A DNA stretch of 64,000 nt from Dimorphilus gyrociliatus (taxonomy: Eukaryota > Animalia > Annelida): the NCBI GenBank assembly GCA_904063045.1, contig CAJFCJ010000010.1, forward strand, positions 806,001 to 870,000, in the 5' to 3' direction. The position numbers were made by a program, and so were the translations under genes. How positions within the stretch are numbered: position 1 is the stretch's first letter; each line of letters opens with the position of its first letter. The notes under the pieces are model-generated. The model saw nothing but the letters and a program-made list of their open reading frames with translations. It was not told the DNA's origin and did no database searches. This document shows, one piece after another, positions 13,474 to 28,200 of the stretch.

Positions 13474-14365
13474 TTAGCTTTCATCTAGACTTTCACTTTC
13501 TAATAAAAATATCCTCCTTTCATAATAAGTATATATTTTGTTACGCAGTGTTAAATATGCTTTCCTGAATCTGTTATGAGCTTCATGCTAAAGAGGACCT
13601 AAGCTTATATCTAAGCGATAAAGGCTGAAGCTCTACCATAAATGTGGTCTTGTCCAATTTCTAGCTTCGTCTAAAGAATAATCTAATAATAATAGAGTTT
13701 AGCAAACAAAACAAGACAACCGATACATTAGATAATATTTTGGCCTATTAAATTTCCTCCTCAAGTTGTTTATCCTATTGTAATATTTCGCGTCGACTAG
13801 TGTTTATTGACTAATCAAGCAAAAGATCAAGACTTTGAAACGAGAAGCAAATCAGTATGAAGCATAGATGCGTTCATCTACGAGAAATGTATAAAATAAT
13901 ATGGCATAGAAGTCATTTGTCTTATCAACACATCTATAATGTAGCCATTAAGAGAATAGTCTTAAATGAACACAAAACCAATGTTAAAAACAAATAAAAT
14001 ACCGTTCTTTTTTGTATTAAGGAGCTTAGTGTATTATCCAGCTTTTATTATACATAACCACTCTATAAGTAAATTATTTACAGTTTATAAGAATAAAAAT
14101 TTTCTATTATATTTGTCTATTAAATTATAATATGGCCATAGCACTGGAATACAAACTACAACTTAAATCATATATTTTACAGATTTATTACCAGTTTGCT
14201 CTATTAAGTGTCTTCTGTTCTCTTCATAACATTCCAGACATTGCAGTAAATTGTGAACTTGACCGTTATTTTAAAAATGAGAATGTATATGATATGTTTC
14301 TATATTTTTATGAATAGTGTCCTTGTTTAATAAAGAAAATGAACTAATCAGGATAGTTATCTAGT
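13474..14365 (-). pseudogene. Decayed tandem duplicate (unprocessed pseudogene) of the 10888-11984 GPCR
   Basis: A 21-nt exact match (14234-14254 = 11740-11760). Collinear translated remnants carry stops and frameshifts: QFTAMSGML*R..NRANW**ICKI vs QFTAMSGMLWR..ARGNWKAICKV; FNR|WLCIIK vs FNR|WLCITK; DKQLEEEI**AKILSNVSVVLF vs DNQLKEEIQLAKTLSIVSVVLF; AHNRFRKAYLTL vs AHHRFRKAYLTL. An intron remnant (about 14116-14063) sits at the same position. The 5' limit is approximate. Confidence 0.85.
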
Positions 14366-17300
14366 TAACGGTATCTTTTTAATCCGTGGACAATAACGAA
14401 AATACATTTTCTCTATGAAATCCTTTAATTTATCCATGAAATAATTGTTTAATATTAGAAAGCTATTTGACAAACTTTCCTTTAGTATCTTTTCTCGTAA
14501 ATAATTAATGTTTTCTCTCTTTTTTCCTGTTTCTTTCTTTATCTTTCTCTCTGTCCTTCCCTCTCTCATTAGTAAGATATTTACAGTTGTTTAATTAAAA
14601 ATAATACTAGTTTGACAAGTCATTATGTTTAGTAACAACAAATGAAGATGTTTGTAGGAGAAATTAGATTACGAATGTCTTAAACGTGTAGATTGCAACG
14701 ATTCGTAGACTATAACAAATCACTTATGAAAATAGAAAACTATATATATTTCAATTACATTACTCTTTATAGGCTCTTTAAAAACAGTGTCACAGTATGC
14801 TTTTTACTTCTATATTTAAATGACAATTACTTTTAATAGATAATCTCTTCATAAATAGAGGCATTTTATATGGAATAAACTTCGATAGACAATTAATTAT
14901 AATTCTTTTAAAATAGTTGAAATATCGACCACCGACTTTTTTTACTTAGATAATTTATATTTAAAACTTTATTTGGAAAAAAATTCAATATTCTCAGTCT
15001 ATACTTTTCTACCAAACGTTTTAATGTTATATTGTCGATTGTTTCTATATTCTAACTTATCATGTTGCTCATATCTTTTTCCTTTCCACAAGTTGAGTTT
15101 ATTAAACTGACTGACTAAGTCATCTTACTTAAGGAATGAACAAGAAAAAGTTTATATTTTCTATATAGAAGCTATTCACTTACAAAGCTCAGCATTTCGA
15201 ATCTTGACATCAAATTTGGACATTATATTAATACGTGCTTGTCCAAAATCTTACAATGAAATTAATAGATTGATAGGATTGTAGATAATCCTGCTAGTTT
15301 AAGAAATTTACAAGCTTTCTTTAGATTTCTAAGAAAAGTTTTCCATCCTTATCGACTTCCGTAACAAGTAAATAGTCAAACAAACTAGACTGTTGTTTAC
15401 TTGTTTTTTAATCGATAAATGAAGAGTAGCTTAATGATTTAAATCTCTGTTTACTATCATACATTGTAAACCTCAAAATAGAAAAATGATAGGAGTCATT
15501 AATTATCTTTAATTATCTCAGAAAGAAAAAATATTCTAATACTGCACAAGATCTATACAATTCTAATATTAAATGTGTTTATTAATAGAAAGGATATTTA
15601 TCTTTTTTTCGGGTTACATTTGACAAACTGTGTTTGATGAAATTGATGAAAAAAGAAACTATAAATATTATCACTATCCTGAGATCTAATTCGTTAATAA
15701 AAGATCACAAAATTGATTCTTAAACAATACAAATTTTATGAAATTTGTTAATGAATTAATCAGTCTAAAAGAAATCTATTTTATTTGACTTAAGAATAAA
15801 AATTCCAGAATATTCATAAACTGTACAAACATATAACTTTTCTTTTAGTATGAATTATTCATTTTTCGTAACATTAGCAATAAAATAAAACAATTTACTT
15901 AATTAATCATTATTTCTTTTGTTTTTAATGACAGATATGAAAGTTTTAAAAAGAGAAATTTCCCATCAAGAAAATATGTGTCTAATAAAAGGAAAAGGTT
16001 ATGTTATTGCGTCTTCATTCTTTATCAAATTTCCATTTTTTTCCAACTTCACCCTCATCCTTTGCTATAATATTACATTTAATTAATTAACATATTCTAC
16101 TATGTTCTACTCAGAGCTACTTAACGTAATTTCAATAAAATCAAACATTTTAAACTTTTTTCAACTTGTTCAATTGATCAGTATGAAAATAAAATAAATC
16201 ATTAATTCTGTTATTGTTTTGTTTTTTTAAAAAAAAAAATAAGACATTTCCTTTTTACTTCCTAGAAAAAAATTTATTGAATTGCTTTTGAAACAAGCTG
16301 TTGTAATTATTATTTTTGAAAAAAAAACTAAATTAAGTCTCTCCAGTTTTTTAGTTTCTAATTATTGACTAGATCATAATTGAACTTGTTTCGATTACTC
16401 AATTGATTAGTAGTTGATCAATACAGTTATAGTAGGCTAAAATACTGGCCTTATAATATTCATTAGTGATTTAAAAGATAGTCATTTAAGTAGAAAGCAA
16501 CTTATTGTGGGATATTTTGAAAATTAAAAAAGTTAAATACAGATATAAAGGGAATGCAATGATTATAATTATATTTTCAAATTAAAGGAAAAAATGTACT
16601 ATTTTGGAAATGTATACATATTTACTATAAATTTGGATCGAATATTATCAATTTAACGACAATGATATTTGTGTTATGTAAAATATAAAGGTATGCCATA
16701 AAATCTTTTCATTATATAGTTGAATATTTTTTTTTGTAGGCCTAATCAAATGAACGTCATTGTTTTCTATAAGACTTTTATTTCATAGTGATAATACAAC
16801 GACAAAACAAAAAATAATAATCACTGAGATACAACTTTTCTGCTGCTGTTATAAATAGTATTACTAATGAATGAACATTATTTAATGTAAGAATAGGCAT
16901 ATTGTTTCTTGTAATAAAGAGAGAGAAAGAGAGATTCATTGGAAAAAATTCGCGCTATTCTCTCAAATATTCTACCTTAGATAACCTTTGTTAATGATTC
17001 ATCTTCAGTAAATTAAATAGAGTATGATATAAAAATTTCTTCCTCATATTACAGGGAAAAATTGAATTTCTTTGCTACATCTATTAGCCTAAAAGACTAT
17101 TTAGGAAGATTTTTGTGGCATAAGTATATATTTAATGCGTAGACATACTGCATATGAATAAATTTAGGATAAAATCTTTAATAAGAAGATCAAAATCTGA
17201 AGAAAAAAATTATATGCAATATTCATGAATAAATAGGTCAACATGGATTAATTTAAAATGCAGAAAACATGCTTTTAAACTTTGTATAACTTCAAATATG

Positions 17301-17980
17301 TACCAACAATGCATACTGCATATACATTATATAGATATATATAATACGTATTAAATTTAACAGCTTTTAATTGATTTTTTTTTATAGAAAGTATAACCTT
17401 GTCAATTTAGACTAATTTTATTCATTCAAAAAGTAACAAATACAATGTTAAAAATATTTATTCTTCTCTTAAATCAATGTTTTCTTTTATATAATGAAAA
17501 CTGGAACATACCTTATCTCTCTTATAGTCCAACATTTCTCTTTCTTTAAAGATTCTAGATTAAAATCATTAAGGTGGAAAAAAGTGGAGGCGGATAAGAG
17601 AATGGGGAAAATTATATGATTAAAACTTTAAAAAAGTTTATCGCTGATATTGTAAAACTCCCTTCTTCTCTTGTTATTAATATTCTTATTCTCTCATTTT
17701 CTTCTTTTTTTTTTGTTAAAGTTGCACAAAAAAAAGAAGCATATTTTTTTAATTGATCTTTTCAGCCTGTTCATACTTTTCCGATTTTACAGAATACCGT
17801 TTACAGGATAAATGAAAAAAATTATAGGCTTAGTTATGAAGAGTATATACACCGTAATATTTTAATATCGATTATATATAACATCTGTTATAAAAAAATT
17901 GTTAATTTTTCTCATTATAAATGAAATACATGAGGTTAAAACATATAATAAAGTTATTATTTCAATGAAATTTTTTAAGT

Positions 17981-19668
17981 ATGACTGATTTTAGTGAAGA
18001 TGGTTTTGATAACAGATCTGTTTCGGCCGAATCGGCATCGTCTTCCGAACAAGAAACAAAGGATGGAATTGTTTTACCTATATATCCTTCATTCCAAGAG
18101 GAGAATACTAATAATGGAACTCGTATAATATATCCATACGAAATTAATGATAGTCAAGCTCACCTACAATCATTAGAAGGTCTACCTTGTTCTGAAAATT
18201 ACAGTGATGTTACTCTTATTGTTGGTAGTAGAACTTTTTCAGCTCATAAAGTATTTTTAGGCCTTAAAAGCGATGTATTCCAAACTATGCTTACATCAAA
18301 AAAATGGAAAGATTCAGAGAAGACGGAGGTCTCCTTGCACGAAACTGTTGAATGCGAGCATGTTTTTCATTTATTCTTGAAATACTTTTATACAACAAAA
18401 TTAACACTATGTTTAGATAATGTTAAAGCTTTACATATCCTGGCCGACAAGTATAATGTTTCGGAAATGCAGAAACAATGCACGCAATATATGATTGAAC
18501 ATATACCAGTTGAATGCTGTATTAACAAAACTGTTGAATGGCTTGAATACGCCCAATCCTGTCAACATAGCGAATTAGAGAATAAATGTATGCAATTCAT
18601 TTGCTCTAACATAGATATTGTTATATCTTCGTCCGCTTGGCTACAATTAAGCAAAGAAAATATGAGAGTTGTACTCTCCAATTCAGATTTGATATTGAAG
18701 AATGAATATATTCTATTACAAGCCTTGCTACGTTGGATCGATCACAAAGATTTCGAAGAGAGAGAGGCTCTTTTTGCTCAATATATATCTCTCATAAGAT
18801 TTCCGTTAATCCTCCCTAAACATTTAATGGAATTTGAAAGAGAATTTATGAATTATGATGGTATTACTCAAGATAATTCAGGTTTAATGCAACAAGAAAT
18901 TATCAAGGCCTACAGGCATCATGCAATACCTTTTTTTGAGAGACCAAGTTTCTATTGTTGTAACTCATCTGATTATACACCAAGAATTTACACTCATTCA
19001 CAATTTTGTCACGAATTTAAAATAGATTTTAGAGTTGTAAAAAAGGGTCATAGAGCATCTTGCGAATTCAAAACAGGTTAATATATAAATTCATAAACGT
19101 AGATAATAACTGTATATGTTTTTTTTTTGAGAAATCCATCTAATATCTAGCTTCCTCTTTCTTTATATAGAAACATAAATTTATTCATCTATAAAATAAA
19201 TGTATATTAAATAAAAATATATCTATATTCATTCTAATTCTTTTCATATTATTCATAGGTTTGTCAAGTTCCTATGCGGACAGAAACCACTTCTTATGGA
19301 AGGCTATTTTTGAGTGCAGGAATCCCCCAGATAGCCACGGTAGGCACTTTAGAAACTTAAGCAGGAATAATTTAACTGAGAAGGATACCAACTCTCAAAG
19401 CTATTCTTTCCGTTTAAAATTACAAAATTCAACTGCAGATGGAGCAACCTGCTTTGTCGATTTATCAATCAGACGTCAACAAAATAACGTCTCTTTTATA
19501 AATCCTAATTTAAACATTTGCAAACATTTTTCAACAACTGATTGTGAGATAGTACTTGACAAATTTATTGACAAAGACGAGTTATTTTGGAGTGAAACCG
19601 CCTTTAGTGGATTTGGAATTGTTAAGAATTGTGTTACTCTCTATATAACGATAAGACCTGTAATATGA
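17981..19668 (+). CDS. BTB/POZ + BACK domain protein, BTBD17-like (putative Cullin-3 adaptor), 501 aa, two exons
   Basis: Exons 17981-19076 (donor CAG|GTTAAT) and 19259-19668 (acceptor CATAG), phase 1. BTB signature YSDVTLIVGSRTFSAHKVFLGLKSDVFQTML...LHILADKYNV. BACK region WLQLSKENMRVVLSNSDLILKNEYILLQALLRW...IRFPLI, followed by YTPRIY. Confidence 0.9.
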
Positions 19669-21082
19669 TAAAATTTCGTTATATAACATTATCTTTATCA
19701 TCATTTTTTATCGCATGTCTCTTTAATTTTATCGTTAGTTTCATAATCAAACAAAAAAACATTAAACAGAAAAAGTTTCTACCTTTTTTCTTTACCTATA
19801 GTTCATAAACTAGGGTATACAGCATGAGAAAAAGTAATAAATGACCTCATTTCTCTTTTGCTTTTTCTCCCTTTATAGCTAAAGACGTCATTTTCTGCTT
19901 AAATTATATTTTAAATACAAGAGCCGATAAAACCACCTTTTTCTCCTCTTTACATCTTTAAACATCTCTTCTCTTTGATTGATCAGGCCAATAAAGCCAG
20001 TAAATGAGCGGAAAGAGAGGTAGAGCTCTAAACGGGACAAACCACTTAATATAAAAGGTCTTTACAGAAGAAAAGGGCTTTAAAATTAGAGTATTTTACC
20101 CTCGATTATTAGTTAGTTTGGGAAGGTTAATAGTGAAAATTGAGATCTTCAATAATGAAAATTGTTTTGTAAGTGAGTTACAAGACTATTTTTTAAAAAA
20201 TGATTAGACTTGAGAGGAAGTTCTTTGTTTTGTGCAATATAAAAGGATTTATAAGAAACAGCATATAGTACGCATGTCATGCATATATTGCGAAATAAGC
20301 ACAAGAAAAAGTTGTTTAATCGGACAAAAAATACAAATGAGATTAATAAAAAACTATCTAATTATAAGAAAAAAAATAGAGGAAAAAGCCCATAAAAAAA
20401 TAGTAATCATCTGCTCTATTTCCTTCATAGTCGTATTGGTGAAGCGATGCTCTCAATTAGAAACATTACTATACTGAGAGAAGTGTTTCGGGGAAAATTT
20501 ACTTTATTCTTTAAAGGGTTGTATCTGTTGCATGTTAAGTTACGTGAGTTACATATATCTATAGATTAAAATACTATATAAAGCATCAATTTAGCATAGC
20601 TTCCACCAATATTCCTTTCTAGATTTCAGTTATTGATCTTCCTATGAATGGAATGGCAAAGACGAATAGATCTAAAGAAGTCTGTCCTTTAGAGTACTTT
20701 TTTTTAGAAATGATATATCAAATAAATAATTAATTACCTATATTAATACTATATATTTATATATATATATATATACAGTATATATATAGATTAATATATG
20801 GTTCACCCAATGATATACTTACCTATTGCAAGTAATTACATTTTGTATAGAGCCTTTCCGAATGAAAGTTAAAATTGCTCCGTTACTGATAAAGATAGGC
20901 TCGACAACTTTTATCTTTATTGTTTATATAGAAAGGCAATTTTTTAGCACAACATTATTCTGAAATTTGTGATAGAACTCATGATAAAAAACGCCTGACA
21001 CCTGTACATTTCGCACCTTTCATTAGCATCTATATGGTAAACTGGGCAAGAAGTTTATACCATTTTAAGAAGACTTTCAAAC

Positions 21083-22244
21083 ATGAAAGGTATTCAGGTC
21101 TCAATTTTTTTCGGCTTCATTCTCTTTGCTTCTGGACAGAGATTTATAATTAAAGACAATAATGGGGTAAAGAATATTTTAATTTACTAAAAAGTAAAAA
21201 AAGAAAACTTTTATCCTAAACGCGTTTCTTTTTTTTTTTACTACATTTTTCAAATCAGCTGCCAACACTAGCCGTTGATTTATTAAGTACAGCAAATAAA
21301 CTTTACGCTGATGAATGCAATAATGGCGATTATGAGGTATTAAAATGGTCACTTTTTCTATTTAAGCATCACCAAATGTATCATTTCTCTTTTTCTTTAT
21401 AAAACATTTATACTTGTTAAAAGTTATCCATATGGGAGACTAATGTAACTCTGCCCGAATATATAGTTGGACAAAGAGCTCAAGATGATTTAGGTCCAAT
21501 GAGAGGCTATATTCCACATGTTCAAGATATCACCAGTAAGTACTGTATATTTAAAAGAAAAACGATTGTAAAAATGAGAGCAAAAATATGAACGATCTAT
21601 TTTTATAACAAAGAATATTCTCTAAATTCCTTTTCTGTTTCTTTTTAAAAAGGAAATGCAAGTAATATTGCTTTAGTTGAGCCAGAAAGTTTCTTAGAAT
21701 TATGGAACAATACTGGTAGCTCTAGTTGCACTAGATTCTCTGTTTGGCGTCTAAACTGCCCTAATGGTAAAGTAGATCAATTTCAATGAATAAAAGAAAT
21801 TTAACAAAAATTTATTGTTATGATATTTTTTCTTCTTGCAAATAATTAGGATTTCGGGCACTCGGCGACATTGCAACCTTCTGTGAGCCTAATGAGCCAT
21901 GTACCTTACCAGCACCGGACAGTTATAAAAGTAAATTAAGGTGTGTTAGACAAGATCTGTTAGAAACCTGCAGCTTTGATGATGATGATATTTGGAGTAC
22001 TGATGGTAAGATTATTGTCTAAATTTACATGTTTTTTCCTGTAATTTTCAAAAAGATATAATTATATTCATTTTTCTTTTTGCTTTAAATAGGAGACTCA
22101 GTTGCTACACCTGCTTCCCTCTGGCGTACATCGGGCGACCTGGGTATTGGTGGTTTATATCATATGAATGAGAAGTCAGCTACTGAAAAACCTCTAAACG
22201 GAGTTTGTTACTGTTTGAAAAGATTAGATCCCGAAATAGTTTAA
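21083..22244 (+). CDS. Secreted Vps62/DUF946-like (beta-tripod-type) protein, 231 aa, six exons
   Basis: Exons 21083-21166, 21259-21336, 21424-21535, 21653-21766, 21850-22005 and 22093-22244 all have GT-AG boundaries and compatible phases (total 696 nt). There is a signal-peptide-like N-terminus MKGIQVSIFFGFILFASG. The Vps62-family motif is LWNNTGSSSCTRFSVWRLNCPNGFRALGD, with further repeats at IWSTDG..ASLWR. The gene is absent from the ORF track because the exons are short. Confidence 0.85.
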
Positions 22245-25200
22245 TCAAAGTCTACAAGTTAACTTGTACTTAAAAAAAAGGAAAAATGTTAAACTGAGAT
22301 AAAAATTCCGTTCATTTCTCCAATAAATGAAATTCCTACCGTGTATATCAAGTATATTGAAATAGAAACGATAATGTCTTGAAACTCTATAGAAAACTCA
22401 TCATTTATTGCTTTTAAAACAAGAAAAATTAGATTAGATAATTATAGTTTAAATTGTAGCAATTCTATTTATGGATGTATCTAGATTGAACTAGCATGTT
22501 AAGTCCTACTTTCTTCTTTACAGATAATCAATTATAATTAAATTATCATTTTTATTACCCGATTAATTAGTAAATACGGCTGTTAACTTAATGTTTTATT
22601 AGCGGTTTTTTTGACATACTATTGATGTTTGATATCATTAAATAGAATAGGAATTTTTCAAATATCATAGTCCTAAATCTTTATCCTAAAAATGCTGGCC
22701 AAAGTCTATTTATTATGTAGATTTATATTCTTTATTATGTTACTTTCATTAACTTTGCATAAGCTACAAACGAAAAAACTTGTACGAACCTGGATAACTA
22801 AAATATTCTTCTTTTACTTCTCCTTCAACAGTTTATAGTGTGAAAACATTTTATTACATTAAATATCTCCCTTCCTCTCCTGGAAGAAAAATAATGTATG
22901 TTGTAATTATTGAGATTCTTGAAATTCTTTTCTATTTATATGCTTTGAATGCATACAAATAAAACAACAAAAATAAGAATATTTTGTCGATAGTTTTGCT
23001 TTAGTTTTTAAAAAGCTAATCGAAAAAAACAATCGACTGCAAAGTAAAAAAAATGATTTCAAAAGAGAAAGTACATTATAAAAAATAAACTATTACTAAA
23101 TAATCAGACATTATGATCACTTTTTCAAACTGTATATTCATTTTTACATCAACTTAAAAGATGAGCTGATCCAACCTAAGTACATGATGATTCATATAAG
23201 CTTTTACAAATGAAAACGCTTAAATATATAAATTCCTATATAATTGCAAATCGTACTGGAGAAAGATAAGTATATTTTTTTTATTTGCATAAAACTCTAG
23301 TCTGCCTTCAAAAGTTGTATATAGAACCTTCCTGCTGAAAAGGTAGCATGATTATTAAGTAACGTAAAATTTCAAATGTATATTTTTAGCTTAACAGATT
23401 AACTATTCTTTTCAATTTTCATATAAAAGAATCAAATTAAGAAGATCATAAAATGTCTAAAGTGTCCCTTTACGAGCCCATACTATTTATATATATATAT
23501 ATATATATGTAGCCTTATTATTCTTTACTTGAATACTTTTACTTATATCAACTTTTAAATTTTACTCTTTGCTGTACATATAAAAAACTACTAATTCCAG
23601 ATTATTGACCTTTTACATAAAAACACATGTTAATAGTATTTTCTATTATTTTTTATACATTCTGTAATTTATAAATCTATATTTAATTAGCATCTATACA
23701 ACTATAAAATGTTTTCTGATATTTAATATTATTAGTTTATTATACCATATTTTCATTTTATTTTTATCCTCCATTGTTCTAATAAATACAATATAATAGT
23801 AGTTTTTCTTTTTTTTAAATATTCTTTTAATGTATGAATTAATTGATTTTAAATGTAATTTTTTACAATCAGTTTTACAATTTAATTCCAGGTTTAATAA
23901 CATTTTTACGACTTAATGAGAAATCTAGCAATCTAAACTCTTTTTAAGATAAAAAAAACCTCACTTTTTTGTTTTGTTTGCAACGTCTAGACCATTTAAG
24001 GATTTTATTTTTAGCTATTTTTACGCAGAGAGATTAAAAATATCATTTTTATCGAAAATTTTTTCATATTGATTGTTTGTAGTGTATATTTCATTCTATT
24101 TCCATCTCTTATATATTGTATATATTTTGATATAAACTGCTATAAATACCCTTACTGGATGAAAATTAATTTTGAAATAAAACAAAAATAAATTGTATAT
24201 ACTTCTTAAATGCGTGAGATTTGTTTATCTATTATATTTTACCATTCTTCAGTATTTATTTTTATCCATTGAATATTATAAAAAGGGAAAAAATAGCTAC
24301 TTTAAATTTATTGATAAAAGGTATTATATGAATACAGGCAAACAAAAATTATTATTAAAAATGAAAAGGGAGAATAAATTACATTATCTAAATTGATAAA
24401 AGCTGTTATCGTTTATTGAGTTCTTTTACAATTTCTACTTACCCTTTGTTTTTAAATCTTTCGTTTTTCCATAATAAAAGCTTAGCTAACTTTTTCTGTT
24501 TTCATTATTTCTTTTCCTTGTCTTATTAATAGGATTTGATTAGTTAGAAAATTGTGAAAGGTTTCTTCTACAAAGGAGATAGATGCATTTTACTTAAATA
24601 TACATACATGCTGTATATACCGTATATTAGTACCCGAAAGTAGATGCTACACTATATAAAGACGCATATCTCTGCTCCCCTATACCTTATCAACCAAAAG
24701 CTACAAAATATTACCAATTTTGTTAATATATTTATTAACATTCTTTCTCGCAAAAACAGATATTTTTTTCTCATATCATTTAAGAAATAAAAAATTTTTT
24801 AATATAGTAGGCCTATTTGTTTTCGCCTTAATTAGTTCCTGCATAGACAGAATTTGTTCCATATCATAACTAATTCTAGTTCAATTGTATATGGGTAAGT
24901 GTGCACTAAAGAGTATTCCTTGATAATTTTTGTGCAGAAAAAACAAAATGGGAAATCGAAAAATAGAATAGAGTAGTATTTTGGCGTAGATTTTACTTAC
25001 ATCCAAGGAGAGAGTTTGTAAGGAGGTCGCTAGGACAAAGAAATAATCTTACGTATATCACGAATATCATATTAAAATCGGTGAAGGAAGTATCGTGGTG
25101 TTGGGGCTTATATCGGATCCAGGCGAGGAAAAGGCCTATCAAGAGTTAATAATCAAATGATAGGTGGTGATTATATTAAATCAAAATTTGTTTGGGAATT

Positions 25201-28200
25201 GTATAAAAGCTGAAATCTTTTGGTAAGACGGAGCCAATTATCATGTCTTTAAAAAAAACTTTGGAAAGAAATTTTAAAAGGGTAATCGTTACCTTTTTTC
25301 CATTGAAACCTTAACATTCTATATATAGAGAATCATAATGATACAAGAAAACAGTATATGCTCTCTACTTGTCTTTCTAGAAATTTTACCATCTCTTATT
25401 AGAAAATATAATTACTTTATGTGGATTTTAATAAGCAGAAAAACAACAACATTTTTATAAAATTTGATCTTTTGCGAATGTAATGTAGTAAATATATACA
25501 GTATCTATCTATATATATATATATATATATATATGCGTATGTCTTTGTTTTCTTTTTTGCTTATTTATAAATGTCTGTTGCTATATGCTACACTAGAAAA
25601 GTGAAAAAAAGGGGAAAAAGCAAACCATAAATATTTAAATGTATTATACTAAATTATATTATACAAAATTATAGTCGATTTCTCAGTATAAAATTTAATA
25701 AAAATTGGTTAATATTAAATTGCTAAGAGAATTATAAAGAACACCGTTTAAATACTAAAAATAAGATTACTTTATGGTCCTTTTTTTTTCATCAATAAAA
25801 CTTTTCATTCTATTTATTTAAAAAATTAGAATTAATTGTTCTTCTCTAAAAAGGCTCTAATGAATTTTTTATTATCTTGTTTTTATACTTTTTGTTATAT
25901 ACGATAAAGGTAATGAACAACTCAGGAATTAATAAAATATTTTACTGTAATACTTCTTTCTAACTTTCCTAAACTGAATACAGATTAAATTACTTTTTAA
26001 GTATATTTCATATTCTTTGTTTCATTAATTCGATATTTTACTATATGAAGAGAAAAATAACAACACTTTTTTACGAAATAAAACTGTAAAAATCTTATTA
26101 CCATTAATTGTTTTAAACTAAAAAAATTTTAGAAAAGGGATAGAAAGAAAAAGACATGGAGGAGAAGGGAGAAAACATAGAAAAGAAACAGACAATAAGT
26201 ACGCAAGTGCAATCAGAAAGTTATTCATTTATAATTAGTGAGCTTCTTATTTCCTTGCAGAATTATTACATAATGAAACTTATCTAACAGTATTATCAGT
26301 CATCTAAATCCTTTATGAAAAGCATACCTGACGTAACTGATTAATAGAGATAAAGATGACACTAAACGTATCTCTCCTCGGATATACTATGTATATTATT
26401 TTTATCATATTGTATATATAAAAGTGTTGTATAAAAACATGAATATATTAAACAATATTGTAAAACAGTAAGGTTTTCATGTTGAAATTTAACAAAAACC
26501 TGCGTTAATGACCATATGTTATATACAGTATAATGATCTACCGATTTTCATTTAGATAGAAAAGAATAAAAACCATTGAAATAAATATATATTGAATGAA
26601 ATTAGAAACATCTTTTCCACACAAAAGTTACTGGAAGAAGTCAATTTGCATAATTACTAAGAAAAATATTTATATTTTATCATTAATTATCCAGCTATAA
26701 CTATGAGAATTTCCAGGCAACGAAAGGACAAAAATGAAAACAGGTAATATCTTGAATAAATTATTATTAATCTAACGCCGATAGTATACCCCCTAGTGAG
26801 AGGACACCATAGTAGTTTAGATCTACATTTGTTAGTTTCCTTCTTCCATGAGGACTTGACTAACTTTTTCCACAGCTCATCGTCACTTAACTTAGGTATT
26901 ATATTTACAAATATAGCATTTTAATTTCTCTATTATATTATATTCATCTATCTATTGGCATTTTAATATTTTAAAAATTATATTTATTTATATTAATATG
27001 TACGTTATAATTTACAATTTATATAGCATGAAATGTCATTTATACGTTTATTGTATGTTTATTTATAAGTATTCTGTTTATTTCTTTATCTTGTTTATTA
27101 CTAGTTTTCTTATTAAGCCTTTCATCCTTTCAATATACTAATTTTGATGTAAATTAATTCTTTTTCATCTTTAACAGCTGATTTTATAAATAGTTTAACG
27201 GATACATTAGCCGGTAATTTCTAAATGTTTACTCCCCGATAATTGTTTCTTATCCTTCTGCCTAGTAGCAATTTTTAGATAGGGCATCAAAGCAAAGAAC
27301 ACCGTAACTAATTTCTTCCTTATATTAGTTCGAGAGATTATTACTAATTTTTCGTTTAGTTTAAGTGTTGGAACCTCTCTGTAATTGAAATTATCTCTTG
27401 TTCTGTTAAAAAACCTTTGAAACAACTCAAAACAAATATAAATAAAAGGAAAAGATTGTAAAATAGAGTGATTATAAAGAGTTCTGCTTATTCGCTACGA
27501 TTTCTTTCTTCTCTTTTCCTCCTCTACACCTCGTTCTTCACCTTTTCCTATTGGCGTTTGCTTTTTTTCTCAGTGTTTTAAATATACGTTTAAAAGATGT
27601 GTAGTCTTATAGGGAAAGAAAGTAACTCTTTTTTCTTAGCCTTTTAAAGCTAATTTATGTTTATTCTTCTTTTATTTTTTTACTTCTTCTCTTATTTACA
27701 TAGATTCTCAGAAAGAATTTGCCGGTCGGATGAATTAAGTTATAGTGAAGAAGAGTGATGACCGTAAAATTCCAATTTTCCTGAGCTTTAATTACACCAA
27801 ATTCTTTGAAGTAAATTTCAGAATAACCAAAAAAAGAAAACGTATGTATTCAGATCTTAAAATTATCAATAAAGTTTAATATGATATATCCTACCTTCTT
27901 TTCTTTGATATGATGTATTAGTTTTGTGTTCAATCGCTGCTAATTAGCCGCAACTAATATTACAATAGTAGGCCGAGAGCATATATGATAAACTCAAAAA
28001 GTGTAGCAGCAACAGTGACGACCAGAGAGAAGTAAATAGAAAAAACAGTCAGAGTTTATCTTTATACTTTTATTAAAAGATGAGATCCTCTACTAATCTT
28101 TCAGATGTAATTAAATCATTAAAATGATATTTCCAGGAAATTTATACATTTCTCCGCAAGGCTAATTTACGTAGTTTACGTTCAGCTGAAAGAAATCTTT

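Noticed and set aside
24990-25160. GC-elevated patch with open frames on both strands
   Set aside because: No identifiable product or consistent exon chain.
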